Source: Bacteroidales bacterium (lineage in GTDB: Bacteria; Bacteroidota; Bacteroidia; Bacteroidales; UBA1715). From it: DNA of 53,219 nucleotides. The position numbers and the translations under genes are program-made. Position 1 is the stretch's first letter. Each line of letters begins with the position of its first letter. Of the stretch, positions 1 to 8,379 are shown piece by piece. Location of the stretch: the NCBI GenBank assembly GCA_046482735.1, contig JAWOEL010000112.1:1-53219 (forward strand), given 5' to 3'. The notes below the pieces were generated by a model. It did not search any database. It had not been told where the DNA came from and was given only the letters and a program-made list of their open reading frames with translations.

Positions 1-291
1 CTCTTCCGTCGTACTACTTGTAATAAATTGAGCGGATTTTATAATCATATATACCGTGAATTTTATAAATAAAATTTCTTCAAATATATACGTTTACTCG
101 CAAAAATACTATCTTTCGGAGACAAAAATATCTCAAATCCCGGAGAGATGTTATGATTATAGCACCATGTGGTTCGATGTTATTTTTAACGTCACGGGGG
201 TGATATGATTTAGCACTATGATTTCATATTTTTTATGTAAACATAATTATCATACTCCGCAATTTAAACAACACATGAAAAAAAGTGCAGA

Positions 292-328
292 TACACAAAA
301 ACCTGTCAGCGTCCGTAGGTTCTGACAG
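292..328 (-). terminator. Possible rho-independent terminator downstream of the 470..1024 gene
   Basis: 7-bp stem CTGTCAG (303-309) / CTGACAG (322-328) with a 12-nt loop. On the minus strand it is followed by GGTTTTTGTG. The stem is weak and lies about 140 nt from the stop codon. Confidence 0.3.
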
Positions 329-469
329 CGTTTGTGGATATTAAATATCAGATATTAGTTCAGCTGAGAATCTCCCACCGCACCTTGCGTTTTGCCTTCT
401 ATGCATTATGCATTGCTGCATAAACTACGCTCCAATTTAACTTCGTTGAGCTACACTTTGTTTCTTACA

Positions 470-1024
470 TTAATACCGATATCCAACATTTAGAATAAAT
501 CTGGGATAGAATGAATATATATTATCATGACCGGTCACATCATGTTCCCGGTAATATCTATATACTCCTACGCCATAGGAAAGACCAAGACCGATATCCC
601 AAAATACTTTTTCATTTTTAAAATAACGTCTTTTCCCTATTGATAAACCTATATGGTAATTATCCAATTTGGAAGTACCGCTTTGAGAATTTTGATAATA
701 ATACATCCACAAGATATTTGGATTAATCCAGTATAATCGCAGCTTATTTCTTTGTGCGGGTATATACCATTTTGCCCCCATACAAACTGATGTAATATTC
801 CAACCACTATCTCCCGTGAGCGACACATAGCTTCCTGTAGCATCAAGACTCAATTTTTCCCGCACAAAACGTTCCTGCGAAAAGCTAATTCCACGTAACG
901 TTGGCATGGGGATATAATAAATCATTCCACGAGATGCATTTTTTCGATAATTGGTATCAACTGTCTCTTGTGCACAAACGGTATATGCGATTATGCTGAA
1001 TAATATAACAAATAAATATTTCAT
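470..1024 (-). CDS. Putative secreted outer-membrane beta-barrel protein, family not recognised
   Basis: ORF track 470..1057. The internal ATG at 1024 gives MKYLFVILFSIIAYTVCAQE, a typical signal peptide. The sequence is Y/G/W-rich and ends in ...NVGYRY, as in OMPs. Confidence 0.6.
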   Translation of the reverse strand: MKYLFVILFSIIAYTVCAQETVDTNYRKNASRGMIYYIPMPTLRGISFSQERFVREKLSLDATGSYVSLTGDSGWNITSVCMGAKWYIPAQRNKLRLYWINPNILWMYYYQNSQSGTSKLDNYHIGLSIGKRRYFKNEKVFWDIGLGLSYGVGVYRYYREHDVTGHDNIYSFYPRFILNVGYRY

Positions 1025-1120
1025 AGTATTATTAACCTCGATAATTAGTTCCATCATCTAAAACAATATTGTAGAAATATATTCCGGGTTCAAAATTCCG
1101 TATATCAATAAACAGTTTAA

Positions 1121-2212
1121 CTATTTTCCCATCAACCGAACATACAAGTCATAATATTCCTGCACAGTAGTATCAGCATTCAGGTTTTGTTCGATGTGGC
1201 GAGGTGCATTGTGTGCCAATTGTTCACACAAATCCCTTTCCGTATACAGCCGAGTCATTGCATCAGCTAAAGCCTTAAAACTTTTGCGTTTCACCACCAA
1301 ACCCGATTTTTCGTGTTCTACCAATTCCACATTTCCGGGAATATCGGTAATAATAGGTGGTATTCCCAAAGACATTGCCTCAATTACCGATTTAGTTATC
1401 GATTCACCTTTTATAGAAGACAAGACAAACACATCCGATGCCTTTACAATTTCAAGAGCATTTGTGCGATGTCCGAGCAAATGAATCTTTTCGGCGTTTT
1501 TTCCCCGGCGTATAATCTGCTTATTTTGCGGCGTATCCATTCCTTCACCAATAATTATGAGATAACAATTCATATCCGGCGACAAGGCATGAATCGCCTG
1601 CAAAAGATACGGAATACCCTTCATCGTCCGATTATTTGCGGTATTCACAAATACAAAAGAATCAGCAGAGATGCCTAATTCAGCACGAATATCATAGGGT
1701 TTCACATCCGCATACCATTGGAGACGATGTCCTTTATTAATTGCAACCGTTTTGTGTGCGTGTTTCGGCAATTGCTTATCAAGATAATTTTTCACCCCAA
1801 TCGAGTTGCAAATAATAGCATCAACCCGCGGGTGAAGATGTTTGAGATACGAAGCCGGATTTAATTTATTCAGATTTCCCGTATACCCTCGATACAACAC
1901 AACCTTAACAGGCAGACCTTTCGCAGCAGGAATTCCGGCACGTATACCATTATTATTAAATAATTGCAAAATATCTATATCATGTTTTATAATATAATTT
2001 CGTATCACTGCAATCTCCTCCTTATCAGCCTTTTTTACCGGATGCGTAAGACTAACATGAATACCCGCCTCACGAAAAAGTCGAGTGTACTCACTTTCTT
2101 GCTTGGTCATTACATGAATTTCCACACCCCGCTTTGCAAGTGCAAGAAAAATTTCAGCCTCTGGACGCACTGTATGATAATTCGAATAGTTACTTATAAC
2201 TAATATTTTCAT
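1121..2212 (-). CDS. Glycosyltransferase, GT-B fold, family 4 (group 1)
   Basis: 363 aa. The C-terminal half carries the GT4-type region ...FVLSSIKGESITKSVIEAMSLGIPPIITDIPGNVELVEHEKSGLVV. Confidence 0.8.
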   Translation of the reverse strand: MKILVISNYSNYHTVRPEAEIFLALAKRGVEIHVMTKQESEYTRLFREAGIHVSLTHPVKKADKEEIAVIRNYIIKHDIDILQLFNNNGIRAGIPAAKGLPVKVVLYRGYTGNLNKLNPASYLKHLHPRVDAIICNSIGVKNYLDKQLPKHAHKTVAINKGHRLQWYADVKPYDIRAELGISADSFVFVNTANNRTMKGIPYLLQAIHALSPDMNCYLIIIGEGMDTPQNKQIIRRGKNAEKIHLLGHRTNALEIVKASDVFVLSSIKGESITKSVIEAMSLGIPPIITDIPGNVELVEHEKSGLVVKRKSFKALADAMTRLYTERDLCEQLAHNAPRHIEQNLNADTTVQEYYDLYVRLMGK

Positions 2213-2335
2213 ATATTTAATTTATTTTCATAGGTTACAACGTGTCCGAAAATCTTTTCGGGAAACCTGTTTAATCTATATTAATAAAGACAAAGGTAGG
2301 AATTTCAAAGAAAAAACATACGTAGTATATAATAT

Positions 2336-2375
2336 AAAACAAAAAAGAAACAGTCACATCGTAGAAATGTGACTG
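2336..2375 (-). terminator. Orphan rho-independent terminator-like hairpin on the minus strand
   Basis: Perfect 9-bp stem CAGTCACAT (2351-2359) / ATGTGACTG (2367-2375) with a 7-nt loop. On the minus strand it is followed by TTTCTTTTTTGTTTT. No annotated minus-strand gene ends upstream of it. Confidence 0.45.
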
Positions 2376-2677
2376 TGTTCCCATGTTGCGACATTTTTAA
2401 GGAGCAAAAAGAGAAAGAGAGTAGAATAAAAATATAATCAGTTTATGTATTGTAACTTCTTTAAGTCAGCACAAATATATTTACGAAACGGTCATTTAAA
2501 AAACGGAAAAGAGAATTGAACAGCGTCTAATTTTGCAAAAATTGATTATACTAAACATAAAGCACAAATATTTCACTGTTTTTTGCATTTTTTAATAATT
2601 TTTTTTGTGAAAATTGAAATTTAAGGATTAAATTGCAAAAGTTTAGAAAAGAAAATACCGAAAAACACAACACAAAA

Positions 2678-3670
2678 ATGAAACACACAAATAACGATAA
2701 ATACATACAAGCACTTTTATTTGAAAAAGTACAAAACTGTCTTTTAGGACATCAATCATTAGTAAACGAAGTATCTGACATTCTGAACATAAGTACAGAC
2801 AGCACATACAGAAGAATTCGCGGAACAACCTCTCTCACTGCCGAAGAAATAGTTACTTTATGTACACATTTTACTATTTCGTTTGATTCATTATTTGGCA
2901 AAACCCCCAACACCGTTTCATTTACTTATAACCCCTTACAAAATGAAGAATCATTATACCACCATTTATTATTTATAAAAAAACAACTCGCACTCTTTCA
3001 GTCAACACCAGATATTGAATTTATATATGGGGCTATAGATATACCTATTTATCACCATTTCGGATTTAGAGGTGTAATGGCTTTCAAAATTTTTTACTGG
3101 CTCAAAGGAATTATCAATCTTAAAGAATACGCCCATCAAAAATTTTCGCGCGATATATTAGATGATGAAACATTTAATGAAGTAAAAGAAGTTGTTGACA
3201 TGTACAAAAACTTTAAGTCAACCGAAATATGGACACACACAACAGTTAATAGTCTTATAAAACAAATAAGTTATTACTGGGAATCCGGATGGTTCGAAAC
3301 AAAAGAAGACGCTCTCTGGGTTTGCGACGAAACTGAAAAAGAAATATTAAATGTAGAAAAAATAGCTGCTACCGGCTCGAAAAACGGTACAGAACAAAAC
3401 TTTAAGTTATATTTCAGCGAACTGGAAATAACTAATAACACTGTGTTGGCAATTTCCAAAAATTATCGCCGAATTTATATTAGTCACAACACAATAAATA
3501 TAATAGTAACCTCACACGAAACATTTTGCAACGAAACAGTATGCTGGCTCAATAATCTTATTCAAAAATCCACACTCATTTCCGGCACATCAGAAAAAAT
3601 TAGATACCAATTTTTCAAACACGCAATTGATGAAATTGCACAACTACGATCATACATAAAAAACAGCTAA
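2678..3670 (+). CDS. Helix-turn-helix DNA-binding protein with an uncharacterised ~270-aa C-terminal domain
   Basis: The track ORF starts at TTG 2633; the first ATG is at 2678 (MKHTNNDKY...). The N-terminus ...LVNEVSDILNISTDSTYRRIRGTTSLTAEEIVTLCTHF looks like an HTH. I do not recognise the remainder. Confidence 0.5.
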   Translation: MKHTNNDKYIQALLFEKVQNCLLGHQSLVNEVSDILNISTDSTYRRIRGTTSLTAEEIVTLCTHFTISFDSLFGKTPNTVSFTYNPLQNEESLYHHLLFIKKQLALFQSTPDIEFIYGAIDIPIYHHFGFRGVMAFKIFYWLKGIINLKEYAHQKFSRDILDDETFNEVKEVVDMYKNFKSTEIWTHTTVNSLIKQISYYWESGWFETKEDALWVCDETEKEILNVEKIAATGSKNGTEQNFKLYFSELEITNNTVLAISKNYRRIYISHNTINIIVTSHETFCNETVCWLNNLIQKSTLISGTSEKIRYQFFKHAIDEIAQLRSYIKNS

Positions 3671-3671
3671 T

Positions 3672-4343
3672 ATGCCTCATCAAAGAATTGTTCAGAAAAC
3701 TGAAGATGGTTGGCCAACATTTTTTATTCCCGAAATAGACGAAACATATCATTCTTGCTATGGTGCACGAACTGAAAGCAGACATATTTATATAGAACAA
3801 GGTCTCGCCCAATCGTCCCAAACAGCTCCTGTTGTTTTGGACGTAGGATTCGGCACCGGACTTAATGCGTTTGAAACATATCTCTACGCAGAACAAAACA
3901 AGACTAACGTATATCTATATGCTATAGAAAAACATATTCTTTCCTCTGCTGAAATAGACTCTCTCAATATTCAGAATATTCTAAATGCGAAAGATTTTTC
4001 TATATTCAAACAACTTCACGACTGCTCGTGGAACAAAACTCACACAATATCACCATACTTGAGCATACATAAAATTCAAGGAGACATACAAAACAGCACA
4101 CACATTCCCTCCCATATAGATGTTGTATATTTTGATGCTTTTGCTCCTTCAAAAGAAAAAGAATTATGGAACGAATCAGTTTTTAAAACACTCCATGCTC
4201 ACATGTCATTACACGGAATTTTAACTACATATTGCGTAAAAGGAGATGTAAAACGAAGCCTAAAAAATTGTGGATTCTCTATCTCAAAAATCCCCGGTCC
4301 ACCGAACGGTAAAAGAGAAAATTTACGTGCAGTAAAAATATAA
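3672..4343 (+). CDS. mnmD: MnmC-methyltransferase-domain protein (MnmD-like tRNA mnm5s2U34 methyltransferase)
   Basis: SAM-binding motif VLDVGFGTGLNAF and the family-typical DVVYFDAFAPSKEKELW ... GILTTYCVKGDVKRSLKNCGF. The start lies 1 nt after the upstream stop codon. Confidence 0.65.
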   Translation: MPHQRIVQKTEDGWPTFFIPEIDETYHSCYGARTESRHIYIEQGLAQSSQTAPVVLDVGFGTGLNAFETYLYAEQNKTNVYLYAIEKHILSSAEIDSLNIQNILNAKDFSIFKQLHDCSWNKTHTISPYLSIHKIQGDIQNSTHIPSHIDVVYFDAFAPSKEKELWNESVFKTLHAHMSLHGILTTYCVKGDVKRSLKNCGFSISKIPGPPNGKRENLRAVKI

Positions 4344-4413
4344 AAAAAACATTTCTGCATGTTCTCTCAAAAAAAATTATGTATTTTGCATCATGAAATA
4401 AATACGTATTGAT

Positions 4414-5004
4414 ATGAATACACAAAAAGAGCACAATCAAAACCCCACAACTTGGGTTGATCTATACGGGGACTACTTATATAATTATGCCATTTCACGT
4501 GTGTACAATCAGGAAATGGCAGAAGATTTGGTACAAGAAACATTCCTTTCTGCGGTAAAAGCTATAGAACGATTTGAAGGCAGAAGCACGGTAAAAACAT
4601 GGCTAACTTCTATATTAAAACGAAAAATTATAGACCATTACCGCAAAAATTCGCGAAACAAAGAAGATGCAACTTTAGATAACGACCAGTTTTTTCAAAC
4701 AGAAGGCATTCTCAAAGGTCACTGGGAAGACTCTGAATTACCAACTAAATGGGATACTTCGTCAGAATTAAGTGAAAGTAGCGAATTTCATAAAGTTCTT
4801 AAAGAATGCTTAGCTCATTTACCTACCAAAATGGCAGCAACTTTTACCATGAAAGAAGTAGAAGAATATTCCACAGAAGAAACCTGTAAGGAGCTCGATA
4901 TATCGCCGTCAAATTTGTGGGTAATGATTCACCGAGCAAAATTAAAATTACGAAAATGCATCGAAAAAAAATGGTTTTTGCCTGACAATAAAATGTACAA
5001 ATAA
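4414..5004 (+). CDS. ECF-type RNA polymerase sigma-70 family factor
   Basis: Region 2 (DLVQETFLSAVKAIERFEGRSTVKTWLTSILKRKIIDHYRK) and region 4 HTH (YSTEETCKELDISPSNLWVMIHRAKLKLRKCIE). Confidence 0.85.
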   Translation: MNTQKEHNQNPTTWVDLYGDYLYNYAISRVYNQEMAEDLVQETFLSAVKAIERFEGRSTVKTWLTSILKRKIIDHYRKNSRNKEDATLDNDQFFQTEGILKGHWEDSELPTKWDTSSELSESSEFHKVLKECLAHLPTKMAATFTMKEVEEYSTEETCKELDISPSNLWVMIHRAKLKLRKCIEKKWFLPDNKMYK

Positions 5005-5012
5005 TTCTTACT

Positions 5013-5303
5013 ATGAACTTTTTTCAAAAAACATACATTAAACTAATAAAATGCTTCATAATTCCATGTGAAAGAGCTAGTTTATTAATGACTAAAAGTG
5101 AATTTGAGAAACTCACTTTTAAAGAATTATTGTCGATGAAATTGCATTTAATGAAATGCAAATATTGTCGTTGGTTACTGGAAGAGCAATCATTACTTTC
5201 CAAAACCATATATTCCCACAAAGCAAACATAGAAAATCACAAGTTTTACACCCACCTTTCTGAAGAACAAATTGAATCTATTAAGAAAAAAATTTCTAAA
5301 TAA
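5013..5303 (+). CDS. Putative zf-HC2-type anti-sigma factor, apparently soluble
   Basis: Starts 9 nt after the sigma gene. HLMKCKYC fits the H-x3-C-x2-C anti-sigma zinc motif. I see no hydrophobic span long enough for a TM helix. Confidence 0.5.
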   Translation: MNFFQKTYIKLIKCFIIPCERASLLMTKSEFEKLTFKELLSMKLHLMKCKYCRWLLEEQSLLSKTIYSHKANIENHKFYTHLSEEQIESIKKKISK

Positions 5304-5379
5304 TATCATCATGCAACTTTTTTTACTTTAGTACAGTCATATTATTGTACCTATTAAATAGATAAACAAACAGATTGTT

Positions 5380-5913
5380 ATGCCCGAAGAACAAAAATGG
5401 GAAACTTTTTTTGAATCAATTTATACACAATATTATACAGATTTATGTGTATTTGCACAATCATTTGTATATGATAGAGATGAATCTGAAGAAATTGTTC
5501 AAAGCATAATTTTAAAACTATGGGAACATAAAGAAAATGCTGCTGAAATAAAATCTCTCAAATCATATTTATACCGCTCTGTTCGAAACACCTGCCTGAA
5601 CTACATAAAACACGAAAAAATAAAACATCAATATCAAGACACTTCTTGGATAAAGCTTAAAGAAATTGAATCTAACTTTATTGATCCGTATCAAAAAACG
5701 GAACTTGAAGAACACATTACCAATGCTATCAGCTCGCTCCCTGAAAGATGCCGTGAGGTTTTTGAAATGAGTAGATTTGACGGACTTAAAAACAAAGAAA
5801 TTTCTAACCAACTCGACATAAGCGTTAAAGCTGTCGAGGCCAATATAACCAGAGCTTTATCTTCGTTACGAAAAAAATGTAAAGAATTTATTAATTCTGA
5901 ACACACTATTTAA
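5380..5913 (+). CDS. ECF sigma factor, Bacteroidota FecI-like type
   Basis: Region 2 (EIVQSIILKLWEH...SYLYRSVRNTCLNYIKH) and region 4 (LPERCREVFEMSRFDGLKNKEISNQLDISVKAVEANITRAL). It is followed by a FecR gene. Confidence 0.85.
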   Translation: MPEEQKWETFFESIYTQYYTDLCVFAQSFVYDRDESEEIVQSIILKLWEHKENAAEIKSLKSYLYRSVRNTCLNYIKHEKIKHQYQDTSWIKLKEIESNFIDPYQKTELEEHITNAISSLPERCREVFEMSRFDGLKNKEISNQLDISVKAVEANITRALSSLRKKCKEFINSEHTI

Positions 5914-5995
5914 ATGTATAACACATTCTTTTTTTCAGTATATAGGGTAGAGTATCAATATATTGTCATAAATTTGATAAATGAAGAAATAAGTT

Positions 5996-6961
5996 ATGAA
6001 TACTGAACAATTAATAATAAAATACTTAACCAGAGAAAGCACTGCCGAGGAAAATGATGCATTGCTGCAATGGGTACATAGTAGTGCAGCAAACAAAAAA
6101 GAATTTGTTGACACCTGTAAAGTTTGGTATGCTTCCGGAAAGAAACAAGAGGCTGAAAAAATAAACAAAACACATGCGTTTGCTCAATTTAAAAAACGTG
6201 CACACAAAAAAATCACTCAAAAAACAATACAAACTCCATTATGGAAATATACTGCTGCTGCAGCTGCTATTATTATTGTGGCGGTAAGTACTTTTTTTAT
6301 AGTAAACCAACAACAAAAACCAACAACAAAAACAATTGCTAATACAGAAAAAACGGAAAAAAAAGTAACTCTTCCGGATGGTTCTATAATATGCTTACAC
6401 GAAAATGCTACAATAACATTTCCTGCCGAATTCGACAACACAAAGCGTTCTGTATCAATAAACGGCACAGCATATTGTTCTGTTTCGAAAAAAGAAAAAA
6501 AACCTTTTATACTAAAGGGGCACTTAGTATCTGTTAGAGTTCTGGGAACTAAATTTTACATTAATTCATCAACAACACAGGCATCTGTAATTGTCGAATC
6601 GGGCTCGGTACAAGTTACAGACGCACACAATACTGGTGAATCTGTTTTCCTAAAAAAAGGGGAACGTGCTGATATAAATAAACATACAGAGCTTATCAAA
6701 ACAACCAATGCTGATCCGAATTATCTATCATGGAAAACAGGAACGCTTATTTTCAAAAAAACTCCGCTACACAAAGTATTTTCTGATATTGAACGTCATT
6801 ACAACTGCTCAATAATTGTTACCGATGAAACAATATACTCTGAAATACTAACAAGTACATTTGATGATCTTTCTTTACAGGAAGTGTGTACTATGATAAC
6901 ATCTGTATTCCCTTCTATTTCGTATATAAAAGAAGGAAATACCATTACTTTTTATAAATAA
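5996..6961 (+). CDS. FecR-family transmembrane anti-sigma factor
   Basis: N-terminal cytoplasmic segment (LIIKYLTRESTAEENDALLQWV), a single TM (WKYTAAAAAIIIVAVSTFFIV) and a periplasmic FecR-type domain (LPDGSIICLHENATITF ... GTAYCSV ... PFILKG ... VRVLGTKFYI). Confidence 0.85.
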   Translation: MNTEQLIIKYLTRESTAEENDALLQWVHSSAANKKEFVDTCKVWYASGKKQEAEKINKTHAFAQFKKRAHKKITQKTIQTPLWKYTAAAAAIIIVAVSTFFIVNQQQKPTTKTIANTEKTEKKVTLPDGSIICLHENATITFPAEFDNTKRSVSINGTAYCSVSKKEKKPFILKGHLVSVRVLGTKFYINSSTTQASVIVESGSVQVTDAHNTGESVFLKKGERADINKHTELIKTTNADPNYLSWKTGTLIFKKTPLHKVFSDIERHYNCSIIVTDETIYSEILTSTFDDLSLQEVCTMITSVFPSISYIKEGNTITFYK

Positions 6962-6985
6962 TTCTATAATTTACACAAAAAAAGG

Positions 6986-7016
6986 GCATAGTCTATATTC
7001 AGATTATGCTTTTTTT
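6986..7016 (+). terminator. Rho-independent terminator after the FecR gene
   Basis: Stem GCATAGTC (6986-6993) / GATTATGC (7002-7009), 8 bp with one G-U pair, an 8-nt loop, then TTTTTTT (7010-7016). Confidence 0.6.
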
Positions 7017-7049
7017 GTACATTGTCATTTATTACAAAATATGATATAA

Positions 7050-8375
7050 ATGAGATTTTGGGGTATACTAATAAGTATAAAACTACTGTTGATTGCTGGT
7101 AATACATGTATTGCTCAAAACTCATTATTGTCTGTTCCTATATCATACAAAGCACACGAACAAAGTATTGGAAAAATACTAAAAGATTTAGAGAAAAAAA
7201 CACCTGCTCGCTTTACATACAACAGTTCTCTCATAAACACAGAGCAACACGTGTCAATAGATGTTACTAACGAAACTCTGGGAAAAACATTAAATCTATT
7301 ATTTGATAACAAATTCGCATTTCAGCAAATTAATTCTCAAATTATAATTACGCCAAAAAAAAATGCTCCCACACAAAATAATGTGCAAAAAAAACCACCA
7401 CCACAAACACGAACACAAACACGAACACAAACACCTCTACAAGATACAATTTTCGTATACGATACCATTCAACACATACAATACGACACTCTACGATACG
7501 AGATTTATGATACAACATACATAATAGACAGCAGCAAATATTATCGTTCCCAAAAACTACGTACCCGCAACAAATCATCAGTCTTAAATTTTTCAGCTTT
7601 GAGTGGAAATTATTACTCTATTCCTATATTTTGGAACACTGGCACCAATAGTTATTCTCAAGAAATTCAAAAAGCAGAAACAACCGGACAAACAAAACAT
7701 CACAGTATTCTTATACAGTATCTGAATCGCAAATCATCGTATGGAATAGGAATCGAATACATGAATTACACATATACCGCAAACTTTACAACAGAAAACA
7801 CTCATAACGAAACCACATACTTTTCGGATACATTATGGTACTGGCAATATGAGCTTCTCTTTTCATATTACAAATATGTACCGGGACAGGATTCTGTTTT
7901 TATTCCGGTATATGACTCAACGTATACATATTCAATAACAAAAAAACCAAAGAAAACAGAATCCTCCACACAATATAACACACTAAATTCTTATACATAT
8001 ATTGGCATTCCATTTTCGTATGCATACCGACATTTTTTTACTGAAAATATTGAATTACAAACATCTGTTTCTTTTACACCTCTTTTTTTAATTACCAGCA
8101 AAGGCTCTCTTCCCGGAACAAACAATACAACAACAGATCTACACAACTCAAACATTCTAAAAAAAATAAACTATTCATTAACTCTATCCGGCAATTTTCT
8201 TTACTACATTAATAAGTACTATTCCATACACATAAAACCAACGTGCAGATACATACCAACACTCATGAAAAAAGACCTCGCAAATTTTCAAAAATCAACT
8301 ATACATTTTGGTATAGAATGGGGAGCTTCATACACTATACCATATAGTATTCCGAAACGTTTACAGATATTTTAA
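7050..8375 (+). CDS. STN-domain protein fused to a small predicted outer-membrane beta-barrel; not a TonB-dependent transporter
   Basis: Signal peptide MRFWGILISIKLLLIAGNTCIAQ. STN-like segment ISYKAHEQSIGKILKDLEKKTPARFTYNSSL...VSIDVTNETLGKTLNLLFDNKFAFQQINSQIIITP. Low-complexity linker KKPPPQTRTQTRTQTP. About 300 aa of Y/T/S-rich alternating sequence ending ...RLQIF. No plug or TonB-box-like sequence, and at 441 aa it is far too short for a SusC/TBDT. Confidence 0.6.
   Translation: MRFWGILISIKLLLIAGNTCIAQNSLLSVPISYKAHEQSIGKILKDLEKKTPARFTYNSSLINTEQHVSIDVTNETLGKTLNLLFDNKFAFQQINSQIIITPKKNAPTQNNVQKKPPPQTRTQTRTQTPLQDTIFVYDTIQHIQYDTLRYEIYDTTYIIDSSKYYRSQKLRTRNKSSVLNFSALSGNYYSIPIFWNTGTNSYSQEIQKAETTGQTKHHSILIQYLNRKSSYGIGIEYMNYTYTANFTTENTHNETTYFSDTLWYWQYELLFSYYKYVPGQDSVFIPVYDSTYTYSITKKPKKTESSTQYNTLNSYTYIGIPFSYAYRHFFTENIELQTSVSFTPLFLITSKGSLPGTNNTTTDLHNSNILKKINYSLTLSGNFLYYINKYYSIHIKPTCRYIPTLMKKDLANFQKSTIHFGIEWGASYTIPYSIPKRLQIF
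7402..7434 (+). repeat. 12-bp tandem repeat CACAAACACGAA x2.75 inside the STN-protein linker
   Basis: Direct reading gives 7402-7413 and 7414-7425 as identical units, with 7426-7434 a partial third unit. It encodes QTRTQTRTQT. Confidence 0.9.
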
Positions 8376-8379
8376 AACA

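Noticed and set aside
1-72. Partial ORFs touching the left edge: a plus-frame ...LFRRTTCNKLSGFYNHIYREFYK stop at 70-72, and a minus-strand ATG at 48 running off the window.
   Set aside because: They are too short to identify or to choose between, so I did not annotate them.
150-200. GGTTCGATG at about 170 as a possible tRNA T-loop remnant.
   Set aside because: The flanking bases do not form a T-stem, and no acceptor or anticodon arms can be drawn.
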